Shown here: positions 1 through 12,420 of the stretch, piece after piece | Layout: each line of letters begins with the position of its first letter | How positions within the stretch are numbered: position 1 is the stretch's first letter | Assembly: GCF_006345805.1 (NCBI RefSeq) | Contig: NC_042998.1 | Location: forward strand, 53,816,001-53,880,000 | Source of the DNA: Octopus sinensis | Taxonomy: Eukaryota | Direction: 5' to 3' | DNA: 64,000 nt | Program-made: the position numbers and the translations under genes | The notes under the pieces: model-generated | Databases searched by the model: none | What the model saw: only the letters and a program-made list of their open reading frames with translations | Told to the model about the DNA's origin: nothing

Positions 1-222
1 ATTATTTAGTAGTTTTATTTTTATAGCGTGCTTTCAATTCACTGCCAAGCACTGCTCTGTGTGCCTTGGGTATGTGCTCTGGTTTGCTGTGATGCTCTTA
101 TGGTTACTGTATTGAAAGTGTTTTGCGTAGGATGTGTGCAGTGCCCAGTAGTGCAATTTTCTGTATGTTATATATATTTGTAGGTCCTGGTGTTTTTGTT
201 ATGTATTTATCTGAATATTTTT
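1..222 (-). mobile_element. 5'-truncated 3' end of a Dong/R4-like (restriction-like endonuclease) LINE
   Basis: Minus frame ends ...IYNIQKIALLGTAHILRKTLSIQ*, the typical R4/Dong C-terminus. About 100 bp of 3' UTR follows. The copy abuts an (AAT)n tract. Confidence 0.75.
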
Positions 223-240
223 TATCATCATCATCATCAC

Positions 241-282
<42 letters not shown>

Positions 283-310
283 CATTGTCATTATTATTAT
301 TATTATTATG

Positions 311-342
<32 letters not shown>

Positions 343-360
343 CATTGTCATTATTATTAT
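223..360. repeat. (ATT)n/(ATC)n microsatellite
   Basis: Direct inspection. Confidence 0.95.
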
Positions 361-361
361 G

Positions 362-575
362 AGGCAGCAAGTTGGTAGAATTTTTAGTAAGCCAAGCAAA
401 ATGCTTAACAATATTTCACCCATCGTTACGTTCTGAGTTCAATTTCCATTGAGGTCAACTTTGCCTTTCACTCTTTTGGGATCAATAACATAAGTACCAG
501 TTGAGCAGTGGGAATGATGTAATCAATTTACCCCCTCCCATAAAATTGCTGGCCTTGTGCCAAAATCTGAAATCA
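362..575 (+). mobile_element. SINE-A, degraded
   Basis: GGCAGCAAGTTGGTAGAA head, GAGTTCAATTTCC B-box-like motif, family body. Confidence 0.75.
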
Positions 576-779
576 CAACTACCATCCTGACTCGGGATTA
601 GTCTTATTTCTGGTAGAATTTATGTGGATAGCATGTTTCTCCTTTTAGCCTTTGCTATCTACATGATTTCAATAAGCCATCAAGTGCTCGAGACACTTCT
701 GATGGTCTTTTTTGTCCCTAAGAAGAAAACCAACTGTAGAACTTCTAAGGATATTGCATACCAATGTCATTAACCCACT

Positions 780-856
780 TATTATTATTATTATTATTAT
801 CATTATTATTATCATTATCATTATTATTAATATTATTATTACTATTATTATTATTA
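780..856. repeat. (ATT)n microsatellite
   Basis: Direct inspection. Confidence 0.95.
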
Positions 857-859
857 CAA

Positions 860-1075
860 AGGCAGCGAGCAAGCAGAATCACTAGCACACCAGACAAAAT
901 GCCATTAAGCATTTTGTCTGTCTTTATGTTCTGAGTTTAAATTCTGTCAGGGTCAACTTTGCCTTTCATCCTTTAGGAGTCAATAAAATGAGTACCAGTT
1001 GAGCATTGGAGTCAATGTCATTGACTACTCCCAGCACTCCAAATTTCAGGCCTTGTACCTTCAGTAGAAAAGATT
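860..1075 (+). mobile_element. SINE-A
   Basis: Matches other copies in the window. Confidence 0.75.
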
Positions 1076-1093
1076 ATTATTGCAATTATTATT

Positions 1094-1312
1094 AAGGTGG
1101 TGAACTGGCAGAATTGTTAGCACATTGGATGAAATGCTTAACAGTATTTTGTTTGTTGCTACATTCTGAGTTCAAATTCAACTGAGGTTGACTTTGCTTT
1201 TCATCTTTTCAGGGTTGATAAAATAAGTACCAGTTGAGAACTGGGGTCGATGCAATTGACTCATCTTCACTTCCCTGCAAGCTGCCCTTGTGGAAAAAAT
1301 TTGAAATCATTA
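1094..1312 (+). mobile_element. SINE-A
   Basis: GGTGGTGAACTGGCAGAA head and GAGTTCAAATTC. Confidence 0.75.
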
Positions 1313-1325
1313 TTATTTTTATTAT

Positions 1326-1884
1326 TGAGTGAGAGAGCAGTGCATGCCATCAAAGTGACACCAAGGTAAAATATACAAAGCCCAATATATCCATCATAAC
1401 TACCCGTCTGACATGGGTACACCAGGCAAATGCATCACAACCATATGTGCGCAAATAGTGATCTTATATCAAGATAAATAGTGCATGACCTTGAAGCTGG
1501 GACCCAGTTAGAATTTTCTTCAGGTTGAGTAGCCCATCCTACTCAAAAGGTCACTGAATAAGGGTTGTTTAAGGATGTTGAACAAAACACCCATGTATCC
1601 AGAGGTGAATTATTCAAACCTCAAAGAATTCCTCTCAACACATGGCTATAATGCTCCCTGCTAAATATCTGCTCATGATTAGAGATGTGCATAACATCAG
1701 CCACTAAGGGACATGCTCAACTGGTTATGGTCAAACAACTGACAAGCAAATCTGTGGTATTGAGCAGAATATTTGCTGTAGCCCATCTTTTATACCAAGA
1801 CAAAACAATGTACATGATAACACCTCCAATCAGTTAAGATCAGAAGCCATGAGAGCTAATACCTGGTACTGCATCAAGGTATTT
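1326..1884. mobile_element. Unclassified ~560-bp interspersed repeat embedded in (ATT)n
   Basis: Non-coding block with ATT runs on both sides; recalled as a common octopus repeat, not verified. Confidence 0.45.
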
Positions 1885-1885
1885 A

Positions 1886-1936
<51 letters not shown>
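1885..1936. repeat. (ATT)n microsatellite
   Basis: Direct inspection. Confidence 0.95.
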
Positions 1937-3224
1937 GGGCAGTGAACTGGTGGGATCGTTAGCACACAGAGCTAAAACATCATGTGGTTCCAGAGAGAAA
2001 ACAACAAACACATTTGTTACATGTGCATAGTTACAATTGTTTATTTCTATATTTTGTGATTTGTAGACATGCCAGTCTGTCTGTCTGTTTGGTAGGATTA
2101 TTATTCCTGATAGTAATATATAACATCATCATCATCTATGATGATGGTGATGATGACATAGGTTAGACAGTCTTTCTGGGTCTACCGCTTCCACAGATTT
2201 CCTCCACGTTTAGAGATCAGTATTTCAACAGTAGCTCAAAATAACATAAAGCCTGTGATTCCAAGCAACATAAATGACAATTCATGTATTGTATAAAAAT
2301 GGTATGTGTTACATGTAATACAAAATATGGAAACAGAAAAATTGTTTAAAAGGTGTGAACAGAATATACTAAGAAAGATATGTATTGTAAATATACAAAG
2401 TTTTTTTGAATGCTACATATTTGTAGAATGAATAAATTCGTATGTGTATACTGAGATGCAGTACAAAAACAAAATGTATAAAAAAACATCTGGCAAGAAA
2501 AATTGGTTCTACATAAAGTTCCATACTGTAATGTTGAATGTGTTTCTCTCAATACGTAACAGCTGTCTATAGAAAAGCTTTTGTGACATACTGCACTGAG
2601 AATGATTGTCTGGGATAGTCCATTACTTGTTCAATCTTGGCTTTTGTAGTAGAATATTCACTCAAGGACAGAGATGGTTCAACTTTGTGTCACAATATAC
2701 TAACATCAAGCAATTCTAATTCAAAAGAAAGCAGCACATTTCTTTTTTAGCATTTGTAGTAACTTTCACCAATATTTCATTAACAAATTGAATAATGTAA
2801 TGCAACTCCCGATTCTGCCAGCAATCAAATGGGAGTGTCACCGTTGCTATTTGATTAAACAAGATTCAAAATTAAACATATGAGTGTGTATTTGCATCAC
2901 TAATGCAGTCTTCCATTTTTAACATAGGGAAGACAATAAGAAAAAAGTAAAGAAGACATTTTTGCATTCACTACAATGTATTCAGCTTATATGTAACCAA
3001 GGTTTCATCAAACTGGCCACCTATGTAGTATTCTAGTTTGATATTCTGCTCCAGAATTTACCACTGATAAAGTCAAGCTACAAGATCTTGGTCCAGAGCT
3101 TCAGTTGCTAAGCCTTCTGCCCTTCTGTTTCTCCTCTTTCTGTCAATTTTGTACTTTGGCGTGGTTCTGTTCTTTGTTGATTCTGGTTTAGTAATCGTTT
3201 GTAGAAAGGTTTTAATTTTTATGC

Positions 3225-3790
3225 TATCTTTTACTTGTTTCAATCATTAAACTGCGACCATGCTGGGGCACTGCCTTGAAAAATTTGTTTTAGTCAAATG
3301 AATCAAACCCAGTATTTATTCCTTTGTTAAGCCTCTTACTTATTCCATCAGCCTTTTTTGTTGAACTGCTTAGTTATGGGGATGCAAACACAAACACAAA
3401 CACACAAAGATATATGTATACATATGATGAGCTTCTTTCAGTTTCTGCTACCAAAGTGACTGACAAGGCTTTGGTCAGCCATAGTAGAAGACACTTGCTC
3501 AAGGTGTCATACAGTGGGACTGAATCCAGAACCATGCGGTTGAGAAGCAAGCTTCTTATTTCTTTATTGCCCACAAGGGGCTAAACATAGAGGGGACAAA
3601 CAAGGACAGGCAAATGGATTAAGTCGATTACATTGACCCCAGTGCATAACTGGTACTTAATTTATCAACCCCGAAAGGATGAAAGGTAAAGTCGACCTTA
3701 GCAGAATTTGAACTCAGAATGTAATGGTAGATGAAATGCCGCTAAGCATTTCGCCCAGCGTGCTTGTTACCACACAGCTATGCCAGTGCC
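3225..3790 (-). mobile_element. SINE-B interrupted in its head by SINE-A
   Basis: Tail, microsatellite and head present; head resumes TTACCACACAGC at 3767. Confidence 0.8.
3556..3764 (-). mobile_element. SINE-A monomer, slightly 5'-truncated, nested in SINE-B
   Basis: TATTTCTTTATTGCCCACAAGGGGCTAAAC... family body. Confidence 0.85.
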
Positions 3791-4049
3791 TATGTTATGG
3801 TTACTTTCTTGATTTCTACTTTTTAAATTCTTTAGTTTTCCTTTACATGTATTTATCTTTTCTGCATCATCATTGTCATTATCATCATTATTTCTTAATG
3901 TCCATTCTCTATGCTGGAATGCAGTTTATGCATATTTAGTGCAAAGTATATTTTTGGCCTTGTTACATTATGGGTGAAATGTAGATTTCTGTTCTTCTTT
4001 GTATATTAATTTCATCCTTCCATGTTTTTGTCAAATACCAATCCTTCAG

Positions 4050-4265
4050 TATTGTAACCAACTATATCTGGCCAAAATATTCTATCTGTTTTATGTTCAA
4101 ACTGGCTGGATTCAGGCACTCTCACCTATCCTACAATGTTATTCTAAAAATAAATAATCACATCATTTAAATCTTGAAGCTACAAGATAATGCATAATTA
4201 ATTCAGAACAACATGAGTAAATAAGCATTGAATTTGACTGAGTAATCTGAACGCTAAAGGGTTAA
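4050..4265. mobile_element. piggyBac-type MITE, left end degraded
   Basis: Ends AAAGGG+TTAA; homologous to 39560-39760. Confidence 0.55.
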
Positions 4266-4374
4266 CAGCATTTTGTAGTAAAGAATCTTGCTCTTTATAG
4301 AGTTAAGTGTCTAGTCCACCTTTACTGATTCAAATTAGGCACATGCATGCCATATGTGTCAGCTTTTAGATTAC

Positions 4375-4605
4375 AGGTGGCGAGCTGGCAGAATCATCAG
4401 CACGCTGGGTGAAATGCTTAGTGGTATTTCGTCTGTCATTACATTCTGTGTTCAAATTCCGCTAAAGTTAATTTTGCCTTTCATCACTTTCGGGGTTGAT
4501 AAATTAAGTGCCAGTTACATACTGGGGTTGATGTAATCAACTTAATCCTTTGTCTGTCTTTGTTTGTCCCTTCTATGTTTAGCCCCCTGTAGGCAATAAA
4601 GAGAT
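4375..4605 (+). mobile_element. SINE-A
   Basis: Full head and AATAAAGAGATAAG tail. Confidence 0.85.
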
Positions 4606-5169
4606 AAGATAACATAGTCTCAAGTTTATTAATAGTTTTCTTTTGTCTTTTTATCACATTGAAGTTGTAGCTTATTCCCTTTAGTGCTAGAGTATTAATT
4701 GCCTTCATCTTATGTTTTAGTTTGAGCCCCTTTTTTAGAATCAGCCTTCAATGTATTTGTTCCTTATGAACCTGTTCACTTTTATTGATCCCCAGACTCC
4801 ACTTGTATTTTGTCTGTGTTTATCAATTTGGTTAGATTGCTTCTTTAACGTGATCCTGGCACATTTGTGAATAAAAAAAACCTTTACTTCTGACAGAATT
4901 ATGTGAATGCTAAAGAGTTAGAGTTGAGAAAATTTTTTTTTTTTAATTTAAACCTGATGTATAACTTGATATCATCCATGAGGAGGATATGCCATTATTA
5001 CTAAAAGATTATTATGTGTTTGTTGTTGCTGTTTAGCTTTATATGAGCTGTTACAAGTTATGCTCACTGACCTTAAGAATCAGCAAGTTAGACGCTTAAC
5101 TGAAGGTGTTACTTATGAATAACAATGATATATTTCAAGGAAGAAATCAAATACTGAGAATTAGGATTT

Positions 5170-5490
5170 CATTAAAACTTTGTTGTAAAATTTGTAATTT
5201 CAAAAGATTCAAATACTCTCTGGTCAATGGTGTATTTCGTATGATGTGAGCTGTACCAACAAGAACAATTCTTTGTAGTTCTGATCCTTTGAGGTTTGCT
5301 GATATTTGACCATAGTCTTAGAGTACTATTTGGTATTATCCCCAAAGCTCTGAAGATCACAAATACAGTTGTTTTTCTTAGATGCTACATTTTTAAGACT
5401 TCTGTTTCAAGATTCTTGTATTTACTTAACATACAAATACTTTCACTGAGATGCTGCAGTCTGCAAAGATTGACATATCTATGAACAGAA
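5170..5490 (-). pseudogene. Decayed Dong/R4-like LINE nuclease C-terminus
   Basis: IDMSI...KYKNLETEVLKM*HL...ALGIIP, then after a frameshift ELQRIVLVGTAHIIR. Confidence 0.7.
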
Positions 5491-5544
5491 AATGTTTAGT
5501 TAATGTGATTTTTTACCATAATATTTGGCTTATTCAGCTGAAGG

Positions 5545-5850
5545 TGCATGGTTTAGTGGTTAGGGCATTCGGCTCACAATTGTAAGGTCGTGAATTCAAT
5601 TCCCGGTGACGCGTTGTGTCCTTGAGCAAGACACTTTATTTCACATTGCTCTGATCTACTCAGCTGGCAAAAATGAGTTGTACCTGTATTTCAAAGGGCT
5701 GGCCTTTTCACACTCTGTGTCATGCTGAATCTCCCCGAGAACTACGTGTTAAGGGTACACGTGTTTGTGGTGTGCTCAGCCACTTGCACATTAATTTCAC
5801 GAGCAAGCTGTTCCATTGATCATATCAGCTGGGACCCTCGTTGTTATAAC
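5545..5850 (+). mobile_element. SINE-C
   Basis: tRNA-like head GGTTTAGTGGTTAGG...GAATTCAATTCC, then TGTCCTTGAGCAAGACAC; tail shared with 54440-54675. Confidence 0.8.
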
Positions 5851-5936
5851 TGATGGAGTGCTCCTTCTGGTTTATTAACTAGAGCAGCTTGATCAGTTTC
5901 AATAATTAATATATGTATTTTCTATTACTTTGGCAG

Positions 5937-6160
5937 TCATATATTCCCATTAGTTATTCTCATATGGTTGTTCAAAACTGATGGCGTGTGATCCAGGGAA
6001 AATACTGAAATTGTGTTTCCCCTTGAACTGTAATCAATCTCAATTTTATTTACATCAAATAACTTGGTTAGGATAGGTCTCATACCAGGTTCCACTTCTA
6101 CAGAAGAAAAACGTTTTGCATTATTGTTTGCATGTTTGTTTGTATGAATATTAATCTGAA
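5937..6160 (-). other. Unassigned open frame, possible terminal exon or TE relic
   Basis: Non-repetitive peptide RFSSVEVEPGMRPILTKLFDVNKIEIDYSSRGNTISVFSLDHTPSVL with several upstream CAG acceptors; no homologue recognised. Confidence 0.15.
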
Positions 6161-6264
6161 CCTGTAGAGTCTGTTGAATATACAAGTCTGTCAACAGCTT
6201 GCTTTTGTTTATGATGTTCCTGTAAACATTAGCTTAACTATTACTGTCTATATATACTTACTTA

Positions 6265-6675
6265 CTTTTACTCTTTTACTTGTTTCAGTCATTCGACTGA
6301 GGCCATGCTGGAGCACTGCCTTTGGTCGAGCAAATCGACCCCAGGACTTGTTCTTTGAAAGCCTAGTAGTTATTCTATTGGTCTCTTTTGCTGAACTGCT
6401 AAGTTATGGGGACATAAACACACCAGCAACAGTCGGGGGACAAACACAGACACACAAACATATACACACACATACATATATATATATATATAAATATATA
6501 TATATACGTATATACAATGGGCTTCTTTCAGTTTCCATCTACTAAATCCATTCACAAGGCTTTGGTCAGTCCAAGGCTATATTTGAAGACACTTGCCCAG
6601 GGTGCCATGCAGTGGGACTGAACCAAGAACCATGTGGTTGGCAAGCAAGTTACTTACCATACAGCCACTCCTAAG
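6265..6675 (-). mobile_element. SINE-B, full length
   Basis: Head, microsatellite and tail all present. Confidence 0.85.
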
Positions 6676-8159
6676 CCTAGTATGATCTATTTGTAGTGTA
6701 ACTCTTCCTCTAGTTTAAAAATGTTCTGCTTTAGATCTACCCTATGGAAAATACAATGCAGTATAATAGAGCACTTGTGTATTCTTGCATTCTTTTTGTA
6801 GTCCACTTTTGTCATTTTAACTTCATCAGATGAAGAAGGTACGCATGAAGGGCTAATGTTAGAAAGTTTTCTGTTATGGGAAGCCCTTCATGCCTATGTT
6901 TTGGGAAGTGAGCAAGCTTTTGATCCCAAATTGGTTTGACTGATAGACACTGCTCTTTTCTTACCCAGAAACAATCAAGCTAGTATGCATTTTCTTTAGT
7001 AAGCATTTCCTTTATACTCGTGTATGGCCTTTATTACCAAGAGGATACTTTTAAAGTGATCCAAACACATCGGGTTCCTAGAAGGCAGGAAAGCATGTCC
7101 TATTTTATCCCTTATTTCAGATTACTTTATTATTTTTTATTAAATGATAATATTTCATAGTATTCTAGCAATATGGCACATGATTCAGCTTTGTGTACCA
7201 CCACGGAGAAAAGGGCTTTTCTGTTTGATAACAGAATATAAAGGAGGATTAAATTTTAAAATATTTTGGTTAGTCTATGAAAGAAATAGAATCAGTCGAA
7301 CTGATCAGGAAAGTCAATATAGAAATAAAATATGTTTGAAGTAGTAGAAGCCATTGATGTTTATTATTTCCAATGAATGGAAGTGATGGTAGATATATTT
7401 GATAGTAAAAGTGAGCCATGGTGAAAAACTGGCTAACTTGTTTGTTGTTGTTTTGATTCATCTTCATAAACAAATAGATAAGTAAATATACATGTCATTA
7501 CTGTATTTACAACACATTCAAGGGTGTGCTATTTCCTGCAGAAGACATCAACCAAGCAGGTAGGCACAGCAAATGAAACCAATGTTTAATTAGAGACAGC
7601 AAGGGAAACCCTTCTGCAAACCAAGTTCAGAATCCTTTGTCCACTCAGGTGAAGCATACAAGCTAAGGAGCAAAATGCCCGTGAACCTGAGATACCTGCT
7701 GATGATCTGAAAGAGTTCCCATCATTAAGATGAATTTATAAGATCTTGCAAAAACTCTTAGTAGCTCCTGCCTTATTCTGCATAGAGCAAAGCATCCCTT
7801 ATGTTTATTTCACCTATTGCAAATGATCCAGTTTTACAGAAAATCAAGAAAAAATGTAACCAATTTGTTTTGTTCGAATCACTATTTCTATTTGTCTTCA
7901 TACTGCATTTATAAAGTTTAATTTGTGTATTTTCTTTGGTTTAAATGTTCTTAAAGGGATGTAGGGAGCTATGAACAGAAGTAGGACCTTTGGATGCTCG
8001 TAGCTGCCTTTTGCAAGGAATGGTCAGGTGGACATGGATCACTATTCTCATTCGACTCCGAATATCTCACTTGGTATCCAGTAAATTTATCAACAATGAT
8101 TCATCTACAACAATTCATCTACATAAAAAGAAAGGTTATGTGTTGCTGAAATTTTCCAC

Positions 8160-9469
8160 TCATCTTTTTATACATTTAGCAGTATCACAGTAGCACTTTT
8201 TTGTAGTTTTAGGGTCCCTCCCAGAGAGATATTGTTCTGTTTGAGCCTCATTAAAATTTTGCTCCTTCTTATAACAATCAATGAATTTCCATATGTTTGG
8301 CTGGTGAGCAGCAACTCGGACCTGGAAAGCCTTGTGCCATCCTTCTACTGCATTATTTACTTTTGGTAAATTTTGCAAAGCCTCATCATAAACATTCCAT
8401 ATTTCATAAGCAAAAATAGGAGGCCTTCACAAATTTCTCCATCCAAGGTGGCTGATCTATGTGTCCCCAACATAATCTATTACATCTTGAGCGTTATCAA
8501 GAAAAATATTATTGCATTATGTCTCAAATGTCACAGTCACTTTTTCAGCTGGAACAAATGCTATGGCTGACAACATCTGAAGCCCCAAAGCAAATTCAGA
8601 ATTTGCTTTGTATAATCTCTGGAGACCATTTCTTTGAACTGAATAGAATACACTTTGACAAAAGTGAAAAACACCCCTTGAGTTTTACATTTGGATATTC
8701 CTTAAGGAATGCATCCTCCATAGCCTTTTCAAAGCCTATCATTACATTTGAAGATGCACAGGATGACTCTAAATTTTTTATTTTCCATAAAAGCTGACTA
8801 TAGGTTTCCTCACATTTGTTGGGTGGTGATGCAAACACCAACGACACTGCAGCTTTTTCTCTTAAACCATGCAAAGTATACAGCTGGTGAAACAACAATG
8901 GAACTGTCTTGAATGTACCATCAACAAACCATTGATTACTTTGTGAAAGTAAATGAAGGTTACATTTACTAGTAAAAATTGGCATGCGTTTATCACTTTG
9001 ACCTGAATCATTTATTAAGAATGTATCACCTTTTAGGGATTTCGTATATTTGCCCAGAAAAATTAATTAATTGAAAGTCATTGGTAAGGCTGTAACTGCA
9101 TTATAAAACATACTATCTTTTTAAGACTTTGTGTCAACAGAAGTCCAGGCATAGCAGCCTCACTATAACCTTCGAAGGCACTAGATATTATTGATTGTGG
9201 TATATCATTAGTGGTTCTCACCATCTGCTGTATTTTTATAGCAATTTCGTAGCTTCAACTTTCACAGCATCTATTGTATAATTGTGTTCATTTACAAGAC
9301 TAGTTATTTCTTCCTCTAATGTAGTTACATGAGCACAACACTTATATTTGTGTTATTTATCACACTTCCAGTAAGTCTTCACTCCATTTTCTCTATTTTT
9401 ATAGAATAATTAACCACCATAAACTAAATTTTTTTGTCGTTTCTCTGTTTCTATATATCGAAGAACCAT
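8160..9469 (-). pseudogene. Decayed Mutator-like (MULE) transposase, FLYWCH plus DDE
   Basis: ATG at 9469 leads to FYKNRENGVKTYWKC...H (FLYWCH-like). WFVDGTFKTVPLLFHQLYTLH (DDE) and NNAVEGWH motifs follow. Stops and frameshifts present. Confidence 0.9.
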
Positions 9470-10659
9470 TGTATGGGCTTCAGAGTACTGAAATTTTAAT
9501 CAGTTTTTCCTTGGAATTACAACAAAGCCTCCAAAAAAATGCTGAGAATCTTTAAATTGAAAGGTGCTGTTATTAATACATATTATTCTCTTTAGGAAAA
9601 ACAAACTGTCATGCAGTGGTAGTTAGGTCATTAAGAAAAAGAAGTTTATAAGTGCACGTTTAATGCTAACAGCTATCTCTGTATCTCTATGTAGTTTTAT
9701 CTGTAGATAAATTGTTGTAGACAAATTCACCAAGAACCATCTCATTTGATGGCTCCTAGTACCACACCCTGATATCCCACTTCAGCTGGTGGACTAAACC
9801 AAGTGAAATGATGGTATTAACACTGCACCAGTCGGTGAAAGGCTTCAGGTATGGCTTCTCAAGGAGTTACTGGCTAAGGAAGAGGAACTTTCTCAGGTCA
9901 ACAGCCTTGTGTTTGGGGCTGAAGTGTGTTTCAGATAGAGGCATATGATTGTGGCTAACAGCTTGGGGACGAATGGGCACCACCGAGCTAATTTGTCCAT
10001 GGTATAGTCCTGATGATGATGATGACCAGGCCATAACCCATACCAGGTCAGTTGTTACCTGAGTTAACATCAATGGGTAGACCAGCCTCAGTTTCCTTGA
10101 CTCACAGAGGGCAGCAAAAGACTGAGGAAAGTGGTGAAATTTAGTTGCGACATCACCAATGAATGCCTCAATGACCACGTAGTCAAGGGATAGGAAGGAA
10201 GGAAAGGTGTTTAACAGTTTTCTAAGATTGTAAAAGTTTTGGCTGTACTTTACGGCTTTGTTATTTGAAAGCTTGAAATTTTTTTATGATGTATTGCTTT
10301 TAAATTAAATGAATTTTTTTTTAAATGAGATAGTTTATTTAGCAGTATCACGGTAGAACTTGTAAAAGTTTTGGCTGTACTTTACAGCTTTGTTATTTGA
10401 AAGCTTGAAATTTCAACTGTTTGTCTTTTGTTTTCAGTTCTGAAGTGCTCTGAATTTTGAATTTTGTGATGACAGAAATGCAACCTGGGGTGTTTCAAAT
10501 TTCTTTGGTGATCAAAAAGAGCCGCTCTTTGTATGTTTCTGTAGTAAGAAAAAGTATATACTGACAGATAATTGTAGATTTTGAAATTTCTATGGTTATT
10601 ATTTAATGAAAATTTCAGTGGGACAGTTAGATTGTTTTTGCATTCTGTATCTACAGCAG

Positions 10660-10979
10660 TTAACCCCTAAATAGATCAATTATTTTGACATGGCATTTCA
10701 TTTCAGAGCATATTTTATAAATTTCCTTTTTTAATTATATACACTGTGTTAATTACAAAAAAAGTTTTTTTTATCTTGTTTCCTTTATTTTTTATTATAG
10801 AAATTAAAATGTACTTTTACTCATTTGGATTTAAACAAGTTAACTCGGACATTGGAAAAATACATATAACTTGACTATCTTCGATTTTTTTATATGATGT
10901 ATTGCTTTTAAATCAAATGAAAATTTTTTTTAAATGAGATAGTTTATTTAGAATGATAATTTTTAAAACAAGGAGTTAA
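10660..10979. mobile_element. Possible TTAA-flanked MITE
   Basis: TTAA-CCCCT ... AGGAG-TTAA with weak TIRs. Confidence 0.35.
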
Positions 10980-11164
10980 ACACAAAGTTATCTTGCAGAC
11001 ATCACACATGTATCTGCTTTCTCCTTGAATCTTCTTTCCTTTAGCGTGAGAGCAGTTGAGTTTATTTAAGATATTCTCTAATTGTTGAGAGAACGTTGGT
11101 GTTGCCTTGGTGGAGGTTTGCATTCTCTGAGTGCTCTTGTTATTATTATTGCTGCTGTTGTTGT

Positions 11165-11372
11165 TGTTATCAAGGATAGTGGACTGACAGATTCATTAGA
11201 GTATCAGGAAACAATGCTTTTTTTGTTGTGAGTTCAAATCCTGCTGAAGTCAACTTGGTTGGTCATCCTTTCTAAGTTACTAAGATAAAGTATCAGTCAA
11301 GTACTAGGATTGCTGATAATGACTAAGACCCATCTCTCAAAATTGCTGGCCTTGTGTCTTAATTCAAAGCAT
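11165..11372 (+). mobile_element. SINE-A, degraded
   Basis: GAGTTCAAATCC and family body, (ATT)n tail. Confidence 0.6.
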
Positions 11373-11559
11373 TATTATTATTATTATTATTATTATGAAA
11401 TTGTAAAACATGGTACCATCAAACCAAAGTAATGAAGGAATCAACCATGTAATTTTCAAAGATGATCTTAAATGTTATTTTAGAAGGTAGAAGAGACAAG
11501 ATTCTTCCAAAACAGTCTGTGATAAATTTCAGCAAATAGTTTGGCACCAAGATTAAGCT

Positions 11560-12420
11560 TGTAATGATAAAAGGGAATCATCCTCTCAGACAAAAGGGCA
11601 ATAAGATCACTACTCATGGGTGAGTTGTTGAAATATTTTGATGTGTTGCAAGAGGAGATAAAATAGCAGGAAATAGAAAGTGAAGTTGGAGAAGAATATG
11701 GGAGAGTTCAGGCTCTGGAAAATGTGCGTGTAAGTTATTCCTTGTCATTGAAGCACAAAGAACATCAAAGGAACTGTTCAAAAGATGGAGAGACATTTGA
11801 AATGAGATCTTGACAGTGTTTCACAGTTGAGGAGACTTGTTGTTACAGAAGACATCAATCAGTTGATACGATCAGCTTTGAAGAACTTTGATAATATTAT
11901 TTTTTTGATGGTTTGGCGAGGAGGAAGCTGGTTATGTCTGTGATCTTCACAAGCCCTCCAAGACTTGTGTGATTGATGTGACAGACATTCACCTTCAGCA
12001 GTTGTTAAGTCAGTGACTGCAGGAAAAGACTGGATTGGAAGAAAATTACATAGAGCTAAAACATTGAGGATGAAGAATTTACTATAGTGGTCAGTGCAAA
12101 ATCTTCAAGGAGTGACACAATATTCTTAACAAGAGGATATACAAGTGTGCCAAATTCACTTGTATAGAAGTGGTATGAAAACAGCTATCTCTAAGGAGCA
12201 GAATTCATTGAGATAGCGATGGAAAAGACAGAGTGAGGAGACAGTGCAGCAGTGAGCTAGAGGTTAAAGTGTATTGGTAAGTGGTTCAATGCCAACCAAT
12301 GGCTTTCTTTGTTCTGGTTCGCATTTGGACATTTTAAAAAAGTCAGCAATTGTTTAGATCTGAATTATTTTTTGGCCTTGAAGAGGATGTCTATATTTTA
12401 GTGTGGCGATTTTACTCTCA
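11560..12420 (-). pseudogene. Decayed CR1/L2-group LINE fragments
   Basis: TNTL*PLAHCCTVSSLCLFHRYLNEFCS resembles the CR1-group RT C-terminus; the linker-like block at 11560-11990 is less certain. Confidence 0.6.

Noticed and set aside
104-872. Poly-Asn/Ile/Tyr/Leu ORFs
   Set aside because: Translations of (AAT)n; only the LINE C-terminus at 104-222 is real coding relic
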